64,000 nt of DNA from Eledone cirrhosa (GCA_964016885.1 OZ024743.1:302808001-302872000), one strand, 5' to 3'; positions 38,441-54,500 are shown, numbered from the stretch's first letter. Numbers and translations are program-made. Notes: generated by a model not told the origin, from the letters alone.

Positions 38441-39313
38441 GAGAAAGTGGAGAATAACATGGTCAACAGTACAAAAAGGGAGGTTTATTTACAGTCTAAC
38501 AATTGTTTCCCTGATAGAGTTGTCTAAAAATTGCTAAACACTGAAAGTAGTGCCACTCAAGTTAAAATACATGTTGGCTCCATCATATCTTCGGAGACTG
38601 AGAAAAAACATAAATATATGCGCCACCGACAAATTTACAAATTCAAATTACCACACCAATAATGAGGAAGAAGGAAAAAAGAAAAAAGAGATAGAGAAAG
38701 ATGAAGAAGGAAAAAGAAAGAGAGATAGTGACAGAAGAAGAAGAGGAGAATATTAATACAGCTAAAAATAATAGAATATGATAGAAAAACACGAGTAGAG
38801 ATATCGTAGGATGAAGAGAAAAATGAAGACGGACAAACAGACGAGTATGATAGACAAATACAAGTAGAAATACGATGGAGAGAAGAAGGTGGAGGGGCAA
38901 ATATATGAAAAAACGTTATACATAAATAAATGTAAGTAAAACTAAAAATAGATATATAGAAATATATGATGAAATGAGTGAAAAATTATATAAAAAAATA
39001 TATATATAAAAAATTGATAGATAAATAAATAAGTAAATAAATAAGTAAATTAATTAAATAATAAATAAATAAATGAATAAATAAATAAATAAATAAATTA
39101 AGTCTAATGTAATATAAAATGGAATATGTCAAAAGAAGAGATGAAAATAAATAAATAAATGTGTAAAAAAGTACGGAGAATATTTAAACGGTAAGATTTT
39201 TGAGAATAGTTTTTGATAATTGGATAGATATTAAGTTGAAAATATATCTATGGATAGATATTAAGGTGAAAATATGATATCTATGGGTAGATATTAAGTT
39301 GAAAATATGATAA

Positions 39314-40230
39314 TCTATATATATAAAACTGAGGATATCTGTCTGTGTGTATGTGAGTTCGAATTCCTAAAACTCAAGAACCACCCAACCGACTGTTTTC
39401 AAACGTTACACAGGTAATACTTATGTGTCAGGGAGTGTTTTGAGCAAAAATAATTTCAAATTCTCTATGCCCCAGGGACCACATTAGGTGATTTAGCAAT
39501 CTCGCTCTAACATTCTTAGTCTTTTTCTTTTTAGATAGATACATACTTAAAACGTCGCGCCCTTATAATATCTGTCTGACTGTCTGCATTACGTCACTTC
39601 CTTGAGGATGCCTATGTGTGTGTGTGTGTGTGTGTGTGAGTTAAAATCCCTAAAACTCGAGAAGTACTAAACCGATGTTTTTCAACCTTTACATGTGTAT
39701 TACTTATGTTGCAGGGAGTGTTATGCATATAACAAAATTCAACTTTTTGTATCTCCTAGGGCCCGCATTAGGTGAAAAACTGCGTTGTTTAACATTTTTA
39801 GGGGTTTTATTAGGCGTTACGCCAGACTGATTTCCTTGAAATTGTAATTATTTATTAGTCAGTCTCTTCTTCATACCGTAAGGAAAGAAAATCCAACTGT
39901 CTTATGGACTAGGGGCCGCATTAGGTGAAAAACTTCATTTTTTCAGCTTATTAGGGTTTTTTGGAGGCGTTACATCTAGCCGATTTTTCCATAAATTTCA
40001 AGGCATATTATGCACATAAAAAAATTCATTTTCTTGATCCCCTAGGGCCCACATTATGTGAAAACTTGCATTTTTCCTGCTTCATCGAGGAAAATCTTAA
40101 AGAGTATCAAGCCATCAGAGTATTCGGTTTATTTTCTTTACATATACTCCAGGCATGCAGTTTTTTATGTCTATTTGCGGCCCACGTTCCAAAATGCCTC
40201 ATCCCGTGCAACGCCGCGTACCACTGCAAG
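39314..40230 (+). mobile_element. Non-autonomous Helitron
   Basis: Starts a|TCtatatatataaaa followed by tctgtctgtgtgt. Ends cccgtgcaacgccgcg...tgCAAG|t (degenerate hairpin and CTAG variant). Internal repeats of tagggccc.cattaggtgaaaaact. Confidence 0.7.
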
Positions 40231-40719
40231 TGTTAAATATGTTTATGTGTGTGTTGGTTATTTTGATAAGTAAATTAACTAGTTTTAAGATATATTATAT
40301 GATAAGATAAAATGATCGAGATGAAATAAGTTTAGGTAGAGAAATGCAAAGATAGAGAGTGAAAGATGGAGATATATAAAATAAGAATATAAATATAAGA
40401 GGTTTTGATGCTGTTCTTTGGTAATTATAAGGGTCAAGATGCTGCTGATATTGTGATATCGTAGTAGATCCAAATGGTATAATCAGGGTTAAGGATAGAT
40501 ATGGTGGAATTAAGTTGGTCTAAAGTTCTCGAATTTCGTTGTTGATTTATCAAAGAATAATTCGTTCAATTTTACTGTTAAGAAGAGTTATGTTGAAATT
40601 TAGAATTTGGAAAAGTTCCCTATTACAGAGACTGCAGTGGGACATACCAATTTGATAGGCCTTTGTATTTGACAGGTTTGTTCAGCTGATTTCATATTGT
40701 ATGTTTGCATTCTTGAGTT

Positions 40720-40935
40720 GTCAGATTGTATTGGCGAGAGTTGTTGTATTCGAGAAATTCTTGTTAGTCATAGAATGTCTGTGTACGTACCACATTTTCT
40801 TAAATTCACTAGCTGTGGAACCAAAGTAATACCATGCCAAGCTACCTGAATTTATAGTACATATGTATACTATATTTGTCTCTAGGCGTCTGTTTTGTAA
40901 AGGGCATTTGTCAGGTAGATGGCAGTTACATTTAG
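40720..40935 (-). pseudogene. Penelope-like GIY-YIG fragment
   Basis: Minus strand translates CNCHLPDKCPLQNRRLETNIVYICTI...YYFGSTASEFKKMWYVHRHS. Confidence 0.78.
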
Positions 40936-41409
40936 ATGTTTTTCTATGCGCCGGTTTTACTATATGGTTTTGTAGGTTGCTTTGTATGGGCTGTGAATTG
41001 GGTTTGTTGATATACTGTGGTGGTGTGATCTAGCGTGTGTTTGGTTGTGCTGATGTTATATGCTTATGTTTTGTATTTGGTGTTGTGGTACTTATTTGCG
41101 GGCTACTTGAATTATAAATTCTTTCATATTTTAAATTTTGTGGCATTATTTTCAGTGGTTAGCAATTTTTAGACAACTCTATCAGTGAAACAATTGTTAG
41201 ACTGTAAATAAATCTCCTTTTTTGTACTGTTGACCATGTTATTCTCCACTTTTTCAATATTATTACTCCAAGATAAACTTACATAGGAATACAAGTGAAA
41301 TCATAAACTCGTCATCTACGTAAACCTCTTCTTGAGTCATACAACGCCGTACGCTAAAACTATCCACGATAAGAAGTATTCACAACCTCTAATTGGATCC
41401 CCTTGTTAT

Positions 41410-41602
<193 letters not shown>

Positions 41603-41949
41603 GTTTATATATAATATATATATATATAAGTTCATAATAACTCGCTTTCGTACAATAAGACACGCAAAAACAGGTGAAGATAGGATTCCAGATCGAACAT
41701 GAGATTTATCACTATGAACCATTGAGGTAGGCTAAATACAATTTAGGGTCAGTTGTATGAAATCCATGCTTGAAAATATTTAACTAAATCATAGAGCAAA
41801 AATACTATAACAATATAAAAGGAACAACACATTTAATTATATATCATTTTGATTAATTTACGATCGTCACTTCCATATATTGAGTTGATTAATAATTAAA
41901 TACCAATTAATTAATTAAATAAATATGTGACAGGTGATTAAATCCGGGG

Positions 41950-42365
41950 TATTTAGTCATTTGTCAAATCGCAACAAGGAACTCAGACGTATAATACTTT
42001 ACGCCTAAATGTGTGCAATACCTAGTAAAGCCACCTTTTTGTATGACACCTAACTTGTATTGTATTCCCAGTCGCTTTAAGTAGTCATGAAATTTCAATG
42101 AAATTGTTCCTAATTCTCCCATCACATTTGGCATCACTTTCGCATTACCCTCTTCCTTTCCAAATAGTCTTGCCATATCCACTTTCAATTCAGAGTACTT
42201 GGTGATGTTTTCTATCACCTAAATTGCAAATTGTGTGTCATTCTGTATGGCCACGTTGATAATTCGACAGTATTTATCTTTCTTGTTCAACACGACAATA
42301 GCCGATCCTCGATGTTAAATGATGTAAGTCAATACTCATCTTTTTCCATTTATCTGAGGGTTCTA
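41950..42365 (-). pseudogene. 3' RLE endonuclease fragment of an R4/Dong-like LINE
   Basis: [11 protein letters not shown]...KVMPNVMGELGTI...YLKRLGI...VIQK, homologous to the C-terminus at 56289-56735. Confidence 0.75.
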
Positions 42366-42369
42366 AATA

Positions 42370-42497
<128 letters not shown>

Positions 42498-44759
42498 AAT
42501 TGTGATGTATATTAACTTATTTTAATAAATATATATATATATATATACATTATGATGTATATGAACTTATTTTAATAAATATATATATATAGATATAGAT
42601 ATATATATACATTATAATGTATATTAACTTATTTTAATAAATATATATATATATACATTATGATGTATATTAACTTATTTTACATCCCAATTTGTATTAT
42701 CACCTGTATAAATATTTCTGTTTTATCATTATATTATTGCGCGTGTTATAATATGTTACATTGATTCGCTATATATTCAGATTCAGAAGATATATTAAGT
42801 CTACCTAGATATATTTTGCAAGTGAGTGTGTAGCAAAGGATGTTTCCTTCCGTTTTCTGACAAAACCTGAAAAAAGCAATACAATTCATTTGCTTATCAT
42901 AAACTACAGCGAAGCCAAAAGGAATAGAATAATATGAAAACGAAGTGAATAATAGAAGATCACTAAACACATAATAAAAAAACTAAACGGCGCTGAACAG
43001 TTTCCTGTCATAATAGGAGGGATATATTAATCATCAAATGAACATACCCTCACCAACACACCGACATATTGATAAGTACGTAATACAGCACGTACATACA
43101 CGTACGTATGTATAGATGCGTTTCTTTGAATGGATAGATAGACGATTGAAACACGAAACAATGAACTATATATTCTGTTAAACGCAGGCTAGTGGATCCT
43201 GTTTTAGATTGAGTTTCCGAAGGTATGGGTTTTCTGTTAAGAATGATTGAGTATTGAGATATGCTATGATGAAAATGCAGTGTTTGAACGTTACATTTAT
43301 ACTATCGTGTCATTTGTTAGTGAGCATAATTGTTTGGAAACTGCCTATAGAAGACGAAAAATCTAATTATTGCAGGGAACTCACGCTTATTTTACACTAC
43401 GGAATAAAAACAGAAACTGATTTGAGCTAAGTAATTTTAGTACTAAGCCACATACAAAAGAATTCTATAGCTCTCAAACGATCAATTAGAGTTAAAAAAT
43501 GTATTTAATTTTAATTTCTGGCATGCGGTTGATGAACCTATGGTATTCGCAGTATACCCATGCCATCAGTAAAATCATGCGGTTGATCTCCATGAGGAGA
43601 TCAATGAGGTTGTTGTTACTTTTAATATTTGATAGACAAACACCTAAGCAAGGGGTAATTGCAGTGAACCGGACTCCAGGTGTTCGGATTTAAGAATGAG
43701 GTAGAATGGTTTATGTCAGGCTGTGTAGTGAGATTAACCACAGGTGGGACGTGAAAATTAGAAGCAAGCAAATAACACGAGATCGGGAACGTCACAGCAG
43801 TAGATAGAAACCTTATAAGAGAAACAGGCGTTGTAAAGAGAATACAATCCCTGTGATCTTGTACTCCTTAGAAACAATGCACATATATTGGCCGAATATA
43901 CCTCATTCACTTCAATTGTTACCACAAGGCAACAATTGGTAAGAATTGAGTAGCAAATTGTATATTATTACTATGAACATTGATTTATATAATTCGCCTA
44001 AAAAGCAGTATCCAATGGTAGGACACGATATTATACGTGTGAAATTGAATACTAAAATAAAGACAACTAAAACAAACAGAAAAATATCATTTATTCTAGA
44101 CCTCAAATGTGTCACCTCTCAACCACAGAGAATGAAAGGATAATTAAAAATATATAATCAAAGAAAGTAGTACTACATCTTAAAAGAAAAATGATGCTTA
44201 AATCGTGTGTAATAATATTTACGTAGTTTATAAATGAGAAGATAAATGTTAAAGAAAAAAAATGAAAACCTGAAACACAACATCAATAACTGTAAATCAA
44301 CAATAAAATGATAATGATAGTCACAATAAAAGTTGAAAAAAAAAAGTAAATAATTATAGTATATTTTTGTTTACAGGGTTTGACATATATATTTTAATAT
44401 ACGAAATTGATTAAAAAATAGGAAATAACAAATATATAAAAATTGTAGCAACAACACTAAGAACACAATTGATACCAGCAACAAGAGGAATAATAACAAG
44501 ATAAATTTTGAAATAAAAATAACAACGGCGACAACAACGACAACAGCATTTATAAAACTAAACAGAAATGATGAATGATCTCTCTATCACCTTAAATACA
44601 TTAATCAACTTAATGGCGTAAATCATTTTGAGAAATAACGGATAACATTTGACATTAAAATTATTCTCATAAGAAAAAGAAAGTAATAGCCACAACGGAG
44701 TTGGTGATGTTGGTGTTGATGATGATACAGTTTATTATTATCATTATTATTATTTTGCT

Positions 44760-45940
44760 CTTTCGCTTTTTGTAGAAGGGACGCGCTCCAATGGTCAGGC
44801 GGTCCATCTGTTGTCAACACCCGCTACGTGGAGGGCTGGGCATGCCGTGGCTGATGATGCGCAGACACGCGCTCAGGCTACGACATCTCCACCTCTTCCT
44901 CGACGGTGATCAGGTGTGGTCGCCGTTTGCTAGACGCGTCTTTCCCCAGCTCGTCTCCTTGACGGAGCTGCAGTCCTGGGTCAAGCGAAGACAGAGAGGG
45001 AGCGCTTGGAGACTGGAATGTCTTCAGGCGCTCACAGCCCTCGACCAATCGGGCAATATGATCGGTGGAAACTCCACTTTGGCGTTCTATAGAGGATTAG
45101 TGGAGGGGAAGAGCGACGACGTACTTGCAGAAAATCTAGGCGTCGACGAAAATCAACTAGCCAATCTCTTCGGGAGAACTTTCGGGCCGGGACCTATGGA
45201 CAACTTCCAGAAATCCCTGGCCTAGCAGTGCTACCGAGGAGCTTTGCCATTTCGTGATAAACTCTACAGGCATGGAGGTGCCGTCAGTGGGGCATGTCCG
45301 AGATGCGCGCATGGCGACCATACCGTCCTGCAGGCACTCGTCCAGTGTCCGAGCAGTACTGACTTGTGGGTTTATATCAAACATCTGCTGTCGTGTGAAG
45401 GACGGATCCAGCTATCAGCTGAGTCCATCGTGAGGATTGCCCCGCCCTCTTCCTTTAGCCGGGAAGGGCAGAAAGTGTTTATCTGTCTGGTGGCCATGGC
45501 GAAAGAGATAATATGGTGGACACGTTTGAATGGGCTGAAGACGAGCACTTACCTCTTCGGTGATGCCCTGATTAACTTTTTCACATTTCATTTGAAAAGG
45601 AAAATCAGGGTAGAGAGGGAAGTGTGCTCTCTTCCTAGCATTTTGTTGAAAGATGGGTGAGAGAAGCAAGAATGGCCCGAGTGAATGGGCCTACTCTGAG
45701 TATGTGTCTGTATATTAAAGCTGGAAAACAGGGTCACTGTGGCCTTTTATTGGGCTTTCTCCACAAATGTCCCTCGGAAGTCTTCCCGCTATTGGGGAAT
45801 TTTTGATTGTTTATTTTTTTGTTACATCCTCTGTTTTTGTTTTTTTACACGCAGAAATGCCAATTTGTACCGTCCTGTATTGTCCTGTACTGTCCTTAAT
45901 GTCTACGTTATCTAAGCCCTTGAGGTTAATAAAGAAAGCA
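44760..45940 (+). mobile_element. 5'-truncated L1/Tx1-clade LINE (ORF2 C-terminus + 3' UTR)
   Basis: GGLGMP...; CPRC...DHTVLQALVQC knuckle region; homologous to 50250-51465; flanked by ATT repeats. Confidence 0.88.
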
Positions 45941-45969
45941 TTATTATTAATATTATTATTATTATTATT

Positions 45970-48900
45970 ATTGGTCTGTTCGGACGTCTTAATACTCGCT
46001 CCTTGTAAGTCGCTTTATTTACCTTTTATAATTATTTGTTGTTTAATTTTCTTGTTTATAAGGGATATAAGCCCTTGGTCTTTGCCCTGTGAAGGGGAAA
46101 GTATAATATTTGGGCCTATTGGCCCTAATATTTGAACAATATTTAAACATTTTACTTTAAAAAAAACAAAAACATGGTTGAGCCACGACCCCCAGCAATA
46201 TGTCTGCTGTCGTGTGACAACGGCGTAAAAGTTGAGAGGAGGGTTACAAACATTGATACAACAAACACCACCACAAACAACGTGAACAAAGACAACAACA
46301 CTGAGAACACTAATTTAAAAAAAAATACCACAACAACTGCAACAATAACATCGACAACCAAAATACAGACAACAGAAAAATTACCAGCACTGAGAATATA
46401 AGTAATAGCAATGGCAATTATTTAGATTTGTCACATACAAATTTGGATTTCCCGCCATTACCAACATCTACAGGGGTTAAAGCTGCCATCCCCACCACCA
46501 CAATGTCAAAAAGAGCAACAAACACCACTGATAGCAACAGCACCATCATCAAAGCAACAGCTGAAACAAAAAATAAATTATTTTCTCATGATATCGAATT
46601 GGATTCTCCGAAAATCGACTCTTCCACGCCGAACGCCACTGACACGACAACGACAAGCACCACCACCACCACCACAACTGAAACTAAAAATAATAATAAC
46701 AAAAATAACAATAACAACAACAGCAACAACAGCAACAATATGAATAACATCAACATCAACACCAGCGCAAAACCAAATGTGTGCTTTGCTAAAGCGGCAC
46801 GTAAAAAGGAGACGGTTGAAGTAAGGCAGGAACACTCGAATGAAGCCAAGAGAATGGTAAAAAAATATGGTTACAGGGTCAACCTCACCCCCACCTCGAT
46901 CTAATACTATGGAGCATCGATGCCTATGCACCGTGTTATATCGCACGATAAATATTAAAACGCGCCGAGTGGAACGGGCATCCGAGTCCCAGCTACAAAA
47001 AGCTTTGGGACATGTGTGGCCTCAAAAAACCCACATCAGACATGGGCAACAATTTGGAACCGTGGACGTGTTATTTGGAACCCCACAGGAAGCCAGAGAG
47101 CACTCCATGTCCCCGTTAATAGGTGACGATTTCACACTCGTCCCAAGCTATTGTGGTCAGAGGCTGGTAAGGATCAAGGAATCCCATGTTCCGCCGGCCA
47201 CTGAAATTCCTTGGCTAATGGTTGCCGTCCTCGCCGTCCTCTCCCACATCGAGGCCGATACTAAAGTAATTGATGTGATAAAAGTAAAGCAGGAGGACTG
47301 GTCCGGATCTGGGATGGAACACCTGATCCAACCAGACCAAAAAAACATACAGGAAATTCCAGAGGTGATAGACCTCAATGACGGCAGCCATATCACCGTA
47401 ATCATTGAGGATAGAAGGCCTAGATGTGTCGTTGTGGCGATGGAACTCACCTAAAGGCTTTCTGCCCTCAGGCTAAAAAGGTGAGGCCACCTCTCGTACC
47501 CACCCCAGTGACTCAACCATCAAAACCAGCAGTAGAAATTGCAGCAACAACTGTAGCAGCAACAACAGAAGCAACTGTAGCAGCAACAATGCCAGCAAAT
47601 GTAGCAGCCACAGTAGGAAAACAAACACCACCACCACTCACCACGCCAGAATTAGCACCAGCGTCTCCACCATACACCACGCTACAACCAAACCAATGCC
47701 TGTGGAGGATGTTTCCACTCCCTGACCTATCTCAACTGGAGTCAGATTGTGACGACGAGGAGGAGTGTGAAACTGTATATGGAAAAAAGAAAAAAAAGAA
47801 ACCAAAAAGAAAAAATTCCACCACCTTCACCCTCCAAAAACAAAATGCAGGGCGAAACAACAAATAAATTAACAAAAAAGTTAAGACAGCTATGTCACCA
47901 GCCACGCCAGCATCACCAGCCCCATCAACACAAACACCAACACCATCACCATTATTGACCCCAACAACGCCATCACCAACATCACAAACATCACCAACAA
48001 GCGATACAGAAACAAACCCACAACAAACGCAAACAAAATAAAGCAACCAAAACGATACACACACTACAAAGCATTAAATTTGAACAACAACCAATTATTA
48101 CACTACATCCAACACAACACCAGCATCACAGAACAAGACTATACAACACCCGAAAAATTCACACGCCCACACACATACAAATCACTTGCATCACACACAA
48201 AACGTACACGACACTAAAAAACTTCCGACAAACACTCTCCAGGAGGATTTATAAAGACAAACAGTGAGAAGGACGAAAAAAAACCTCTTTCCGCCACAAG
48301 AAGTGAGGTAAGTGGTCTTTCCCATCTTTTCCCACTTCTTTTCAACATGATCTTATTTAGAATAGACAGCATAACTACGCTTGACCTGGGGTCGTCATGG
48401 AAGCAGGGCCACCTGCTCAATGACCTCAGGTCACTAAACATAGATGTGGTGGCCATCAGCGAGACAAGAATCCCCGAAGCACGAGCTTTCGCACCGATCT
48501 CAGATTTGTGATCTGTGAAGTTGACTTAGATAGACTCCTTAGGCAAGGGCCCGGCTACTGGAAGCTGAAAGCGTTGTTCCCGGCGCGCAAAGCTTACAGA
48601 GACGGGATTAGTGAATTAGTTAAGCGTGCGTTGACGGGTGCGACCGCCAACAACAGCTGGTAGTTTACCATGAAAAGGGCTATTGGAGTAGAATAAATAA
48701 GGTTTAGCAAAGGAATAGTGATAGAGGAAAATAGAGTAGATGGAGAGTTACTTAGAAAGCTAGAAGAGGCGTTTAGGACAGGCATCCGACGTGCTTGCGG
48801 CGACCAATTCTTCAACGCAAAGCATGAAGGCTGCGTTATCAGAGCTAGAATGCGTGCTCTAAGGCAAGAGAGGACGAAAGCAGTTCAATGGGCACGGGTG

Positions 48901-51465
48901 TTGGAGGCGCGACGTGGAAACAAGTCCACAATTCGGTATTTGCCTAATCACAACGGGCGCATGTTGCTCTAACCTGAATAGATGTGTGCGGCTTTTCAAC
49001 AGCACTCAATTGTACGGGAGCGGCGGTTGACCGGCTCCGGGTGCATACCTCGACGGACTGACGTGGCTCTTGACGACCGCAGCGCATTGCTGCGAAAAGC
49101 CGATAACAGTAGGTGAAATACGGGAAGCGATGTCTGACTGCACGAGGGGTAAATCGCCAGGTTTGGATGGTCTGCCCTACGAGCTTTATGCCTATATGCC
49201 AGACTTGTTCGGCGACCTCTTGGCAGACTTCTACTGCAACTGGCAGCAGAAGGGGAGCATTCCCAGTTTTGTGAGCCGGGGATCGGTGGCACTCCTGAGA
49301 AAAGACCCGAACATGGGGAACGTTATAGACAACTTCAGGCCTATAACTCTGCTAAACACAGAGTTTAAGATTTTGGCAAAGGTGTTAGCAAAGAGATTGG
49401 CGTTTTTCGTCGGTGATCTGGTGGAAGAGGCGCAGACATGCGCTATTCCGCACACATCCATCCAAGACAAGTTCCATCTCATGCGATACATCATAGAGAG
49501 GGTGGTTAAGGAACTTGGCACGGGTTGGGCCCTGTTGTACTTAGATCAATATAAATCATTTGATAGCGTCGACCATCGGTACCTGGCTCCGGACCTCGAG
49601 GCGGCCGGCTTCGGGCCCGTTTTTAGGGGATGGACCGCTGCGATGCACATTGACAGTGTGCGATTGTGAAGGTGAATAGTCACCTGTCGCAGCCTTTCAG
49701 CATCATGCGCTCGCTCCGACAAGGTTTTACCCTCTCCTCCCTCTTGTACGTACTGCCCCTAGAGTCGTTACTGCACAAATTGGAGACGATGAGGGGTGTC
49801 CCATGCAAACAGGGATAAGAGAGATCCGAGTCAGCTTACGCCGACGACGTCAACGTGATGGTGTCGAGCACCAAACACGTCCAGATGCTCGGCACCGCTC
49901 TCAAGGAATACAAAGCGGTGACAAGAACAAAGATAAAGCAGGAAAAGTCGGTGGGAATGCAACTCGGCACCTGGAGAGGCAAGCCCATGCCGTCCTACAG
50001 GGTCGTCGGACGCTAGACAGAAAGACCGGTTAAATTGCTTGCGGCCTGGTTCGGTCCGGACCTCCAGATGGAGAAAAACTGGAGCGAGGTGATGAGCAGA
50101 ATGGCCTCTCTCACCCAGAAATGATCCAAGAGGAGGCTGTCTCTGAAAGGTCGGGCGGAGGTGGCGAATGAGTACACAGCGTCCCTCATCTGCTACCGCC
50201 TGACAGTCGTACTTTGCACCCGCCTAACTCTGACCAAAATGGAGCGCCTTCTCTTTCGCTTTTTGTAGAAGGGACGTACTCCAATGGTCAGACAATCCAT
50301 GTGATTCAACACCGGTTGCGTGGAGGACTAGGCATGCCGTGGCTTATGATGCGCAAACATGCGTTGAGGCTGCGACATCTCTGGTTCTTCCTTGGCGGTG
50401 AACAGTTGTGGTCGCCGTTTGCCAGACGCACTTTTCCCCAGCTCGTCTCCTTGACTGAGCTGCAGTCCTGGATCAGGAAAAGACCGAGGGATAGCGCTTC
50501 GAAGCTGGAATGTCTACAAGCGCTCACAACCCTCTACCAGCTGGGCACAATATCGGTGGAACAACCACCATTGGCGTTCTATAGAGGGCTAGTGGGGGAA
50601 AGAGCGACGATGTTCTCGGGTAGAGTCTGGGCGTCGAAGACAGTCAGCTATTCGCCCTCTGCAAGAGAACTTTCAGACCGAGGCCTATGGAAAACTTTCA
50701 GAAATCCCTGACATGGCAGTGCTACCGGGCAGCGTTTCCTGTTCGGGATAGGCTCTACAGGCACGGACGTGCTGTCAGCAGAGACTGTCCGAGGTGCGCG
50801 CGGGGCGACGAAACCATCCTGCACGCACTCGTTCAGTGCCCGAGGATTGCTGACTTGTGGAGCTATGTCCAACAGTTGCTGTCGCGTGTAGGACGGGTCC
50901 GGTTACCGACTGAGTCCATTGTGCAGATAACCCCGCCATCCTCCTTTATAGAGGAGGAAGGGCAGGCAGTTTTCATCTGCCTGGTGGCTTTGGCGAAAGA
51001 GATTGTATGGTGGACAAGGTTGAAACGGTTGAAGACGGATACTTTCCTCTTCGGCCAATCCCTGATTAACCTTTTCAAGTTTCACTTGAAGAGGAAAATC
51101 AGGGTGGAGAAGCTAGTGCTGTCTTCTAGTAAGTTTGTTGAAATGTGGGTGAATATGGCGTGTCTGATCCGAGTGAACGGGCCCACTCTGATTATGCGCA
51201 TGTAGACTGAGGATTGGGAAAACAGAGAGAGGGCGCTTGCCCTGGTGGTCAGGGCGGCCGTGATCTCTTTTGTGTGGTTTTCGCAATGAGTGACACTCGG
51301 AAGTTTCCCCCTTCTTGGGGAATTTTTATTGTTTGAATTTATTTGATTCTAACCCGATTTCTATCTTGTTATAACCTATTTACACGAGGACACCCCCTTT
51401 GTATCGTCCTGTACTATTTGTGCTGTCTGTAATATTTTTCTTCGTGTTAGCCCTTGTGGCCAATG
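45970..51465 (+). mobile_element. Near full-length degraded L1/Tx1-clade LINE (ORF1 + APE-RT ORF2)
   Basis: ORF1 pieces with CCRCGDGTHLKAFC (CX2CX4HX4C). APE remnants NIDVVAISETR and GPGYWKL. RT KSPGLDGLP, NFRPITLLNTEFKILAKVLAKRL and AYADD. C-terminal CPRC..DETILHALVQC. Frameshifted. Confidence 0.9.
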
Positions 51466-51561
51466 GGTTCGATAAAATAAAGTAGCAGTAATACACTGGG
51501 TATTAATAATAATAATAATTATTATTATTAATAATAATAATAATTATTATTATTATTACAG

Positions 51562-54500
51562 TTGCATTTATCTTGCTTTATGTTCATACGAGTTATCACC
51601 GAGTCACAACAAGTGACCTCAAGAGACAACAAGGTCCGCCATGTTCAAGAAAGGACATACATACACACACATGCATCCTGAGGTGTTTAGACCTGTGATG
51701 TACTTATATTGACAGAATCTTCCTTAGTATATGGGCAGTTCCCATTAATACTATCTGTTGTATTTCTCCTATGCTCGGGTTTCCTGGGATTTGCGATAAG
51801 TAATCATTAGACCACTTAGGTAACATTCCTAGAGCGCCTAACCACTGGTATTGTTTTAGTTCTCAATTTCCGAATTTTTCCAATTTATATCTCCAGGTCC
51901 TTATACTTGCTCAATTTTTCAAATGTTTTTATAGATACATTCTTGTCTATTGGAACTGACATATCGATTAGCAGGCATATCCTCTTTTTAAAGTCCTTCA
52001 GTATTATATCAGGTCTATTTGCATGTATTTTTCAGTCTCTTTGGATGCTAAAGTTCCACAAGATTGAGACGTGATCTTTTTCAAGTATGGGTGGTGGGTG
52101 ATGCTCCCACCAATTCTTTTGATGGTGCAAGTCAAAATGCTTACACATTATCCAATGCATGTATTGTGCAGCTCTGTCAGGCCTGTTTAGGTATTCGGTT
52201 GGAGCTATAGGACTGCACATTGAAATTATATGATCAATGGTCTCTGGTAGTTTTTTTACATACACGGCATAATGGGTTGCATCCATTTTTTATTATGTTT
52301 GCTTGGTAATTTTTCGTTGGCAGACACTGATCATGTGCTGATATAATCAGTCCTTCAGTCTCCGATTTCAGTCCAGAGGATGCCAACCACTGATGGGTTA
52401 AAGTTTTGTCAACATCAGGATTGTTAGCTCGCTCTGGGTATTTTCCATACAGAGGTTTTTCTTGCCATTTCCTAGCCAGTTTATGTAGCAGTTCTTTCTT
52501 TGCAGTTACTTTTACCTGCTTTGCTCTTTCTGTGTTTTCTATTTCAGCAGTAAATAGAACTTCTGAAATTTGTAGTCCGTTACTGTATCTTTGTGCATCT
52601 TTTGTAATGGAATATGATCTTTTGATGCTTTCGTGTTTCAAAACGAGTTTGATGATCCACTCATGGGATTCACTTAGATATGTAGATAATCCAAATGTTG
52701 CAGTTTTCTACGCAATCTCTAACTGGATTAACCCACGTCCTCCTTCTTTCCTATGGCGATATATTATATCTGTATCTGCCTTAGGGTGATGCATTCTGTG
52801 CAGGGTTAAGAATTTTCTAATGTTTGTATCGAGCCTACGGATCTCTGTGCTTGACCAGTTGATCACATTTTAACTGTAGGTTACTACTGGTATGGCAAGC
52901 GTGTTTATGGCATTCAATTCCGTTCTTAAGATTGCTCTTCTCCTCGGTAACATTCCTTCCTTATCCTTTCCCTCATTTTTCGAGTGCTTGATTCCGTCTC
53001 CTTCACAAACACCTAGATATTTGTAAGTTTCCTCTTGATCAAGTTCTCTTATCACATTCCGCCGATCAAGATTAATGTCTGAAATTTTCAGCAGCTTTCC
53101 TCTGGCGAACGTTACTTTGGCGCATAAATCTAGTCCAAACTGTAGAGCAAGTGATGAATGGTTTTAGTCATACACTTTATATCCATGTTTTGTTTCATTG
53201 AGCATTTTACTTAATGGTATAAGTGCGATGCAGAATAAAAGCGGTGATAAAGAGTCACCCTGAAAAATTCCATAATCAATATTAACTTCTCCAGCTTCCA
53301 GTGATTTTCTTTTCACTATTCAAAAGAAGTGTCGTTTTCCATATATTCATACTGAATGACAGGAACCTCCTGATAACGGGAGATATTTTGAAAATCTCTA
53401 AACATTTTTCAATCCAACTGTGTGGCAAACTATCGAATGCTTTTTTTATAATCTATCCAAGCAATTGATAGATTTTGTGTCTATTATGACAATCTTCCAT
53501 ATCATTTTGTTAACCAAAAGCTGATCCTTACAGCTATATGAGCCTCGTTTACACCCTTTCTGCTCATTGGGAAATAGATCATTTCTTATCAGGTGGTAAT
53601 ATGTATATTCAGTTAGTACTGATGTTATAATATTATACATTATGATCAAGCAAGTTATCGGTCAGTAATTTTGGGGATTGTTTGTCTCATCATTCTTCGG
53701 AAGGAGGAATGTAATGCCGTTAACTAGCCATGATGGTATCTCTTCTGGTTTCTTAACTATTTCATTGTTATGAGACTCTGTGAAGCCATTTATCCAAACA
53801 TTTGGAATTTTGTATTTTCCTGGGGATTTCCACTTGCTGTTTTTCTAAGAGCCAAACGCAACTGTTCAACTGTTATATTTTTCCATATGTTTTTCCTCAA
53901 GGTGATCTGTATGTTTCATTTTTCTTTCTATCCATGGGGCATGTATATTATGAACTTTTTCATCGGCCTAGATCTTTGCCCAGAATTCTTGCACTTCCTC
54001 CTTGGGTGGTATTGATTTAGCAGTCATTGTTGACAGGCCAATTTTTCTGTAGAAGTTTCTTTGGTTGTTTTTGAACATATTATTGTCCTTATAGAATCTA
54101 GATTGTTTTTCAAAGCGCCTTATACGAGCAGCTTTGGCCGACACTTTTTGCTTGATTATTTTTATCAGCATGTCTATGTCACTTGTTGATTTTATACTGT
54201 ATTTTCTTTTCAATTTTCTAAGTTTAGTTTGTTTAACATGTTCACCTACTTTGTAGTTTGTTAAAATTTCTATGTCAGATAGAAGGAGGTTTATTTGGCG
54301 ATTGATGTTCTCTTGTCAAGTAGATTTCTTGTGGGAATTCCTTTGATTTTTTCATTTTCACTCCACATGAGTGAGTGGTGACTTTAGCCGATGCATAATA
54401 GAGATGAGTTAAATCAGTAATGTTTAGTTTGTTTGTGATGATAATATTTTTGAGAATTATGTTAGTCTTGTGTATTATCTTTTGGTTCTGTTTGGAGTTC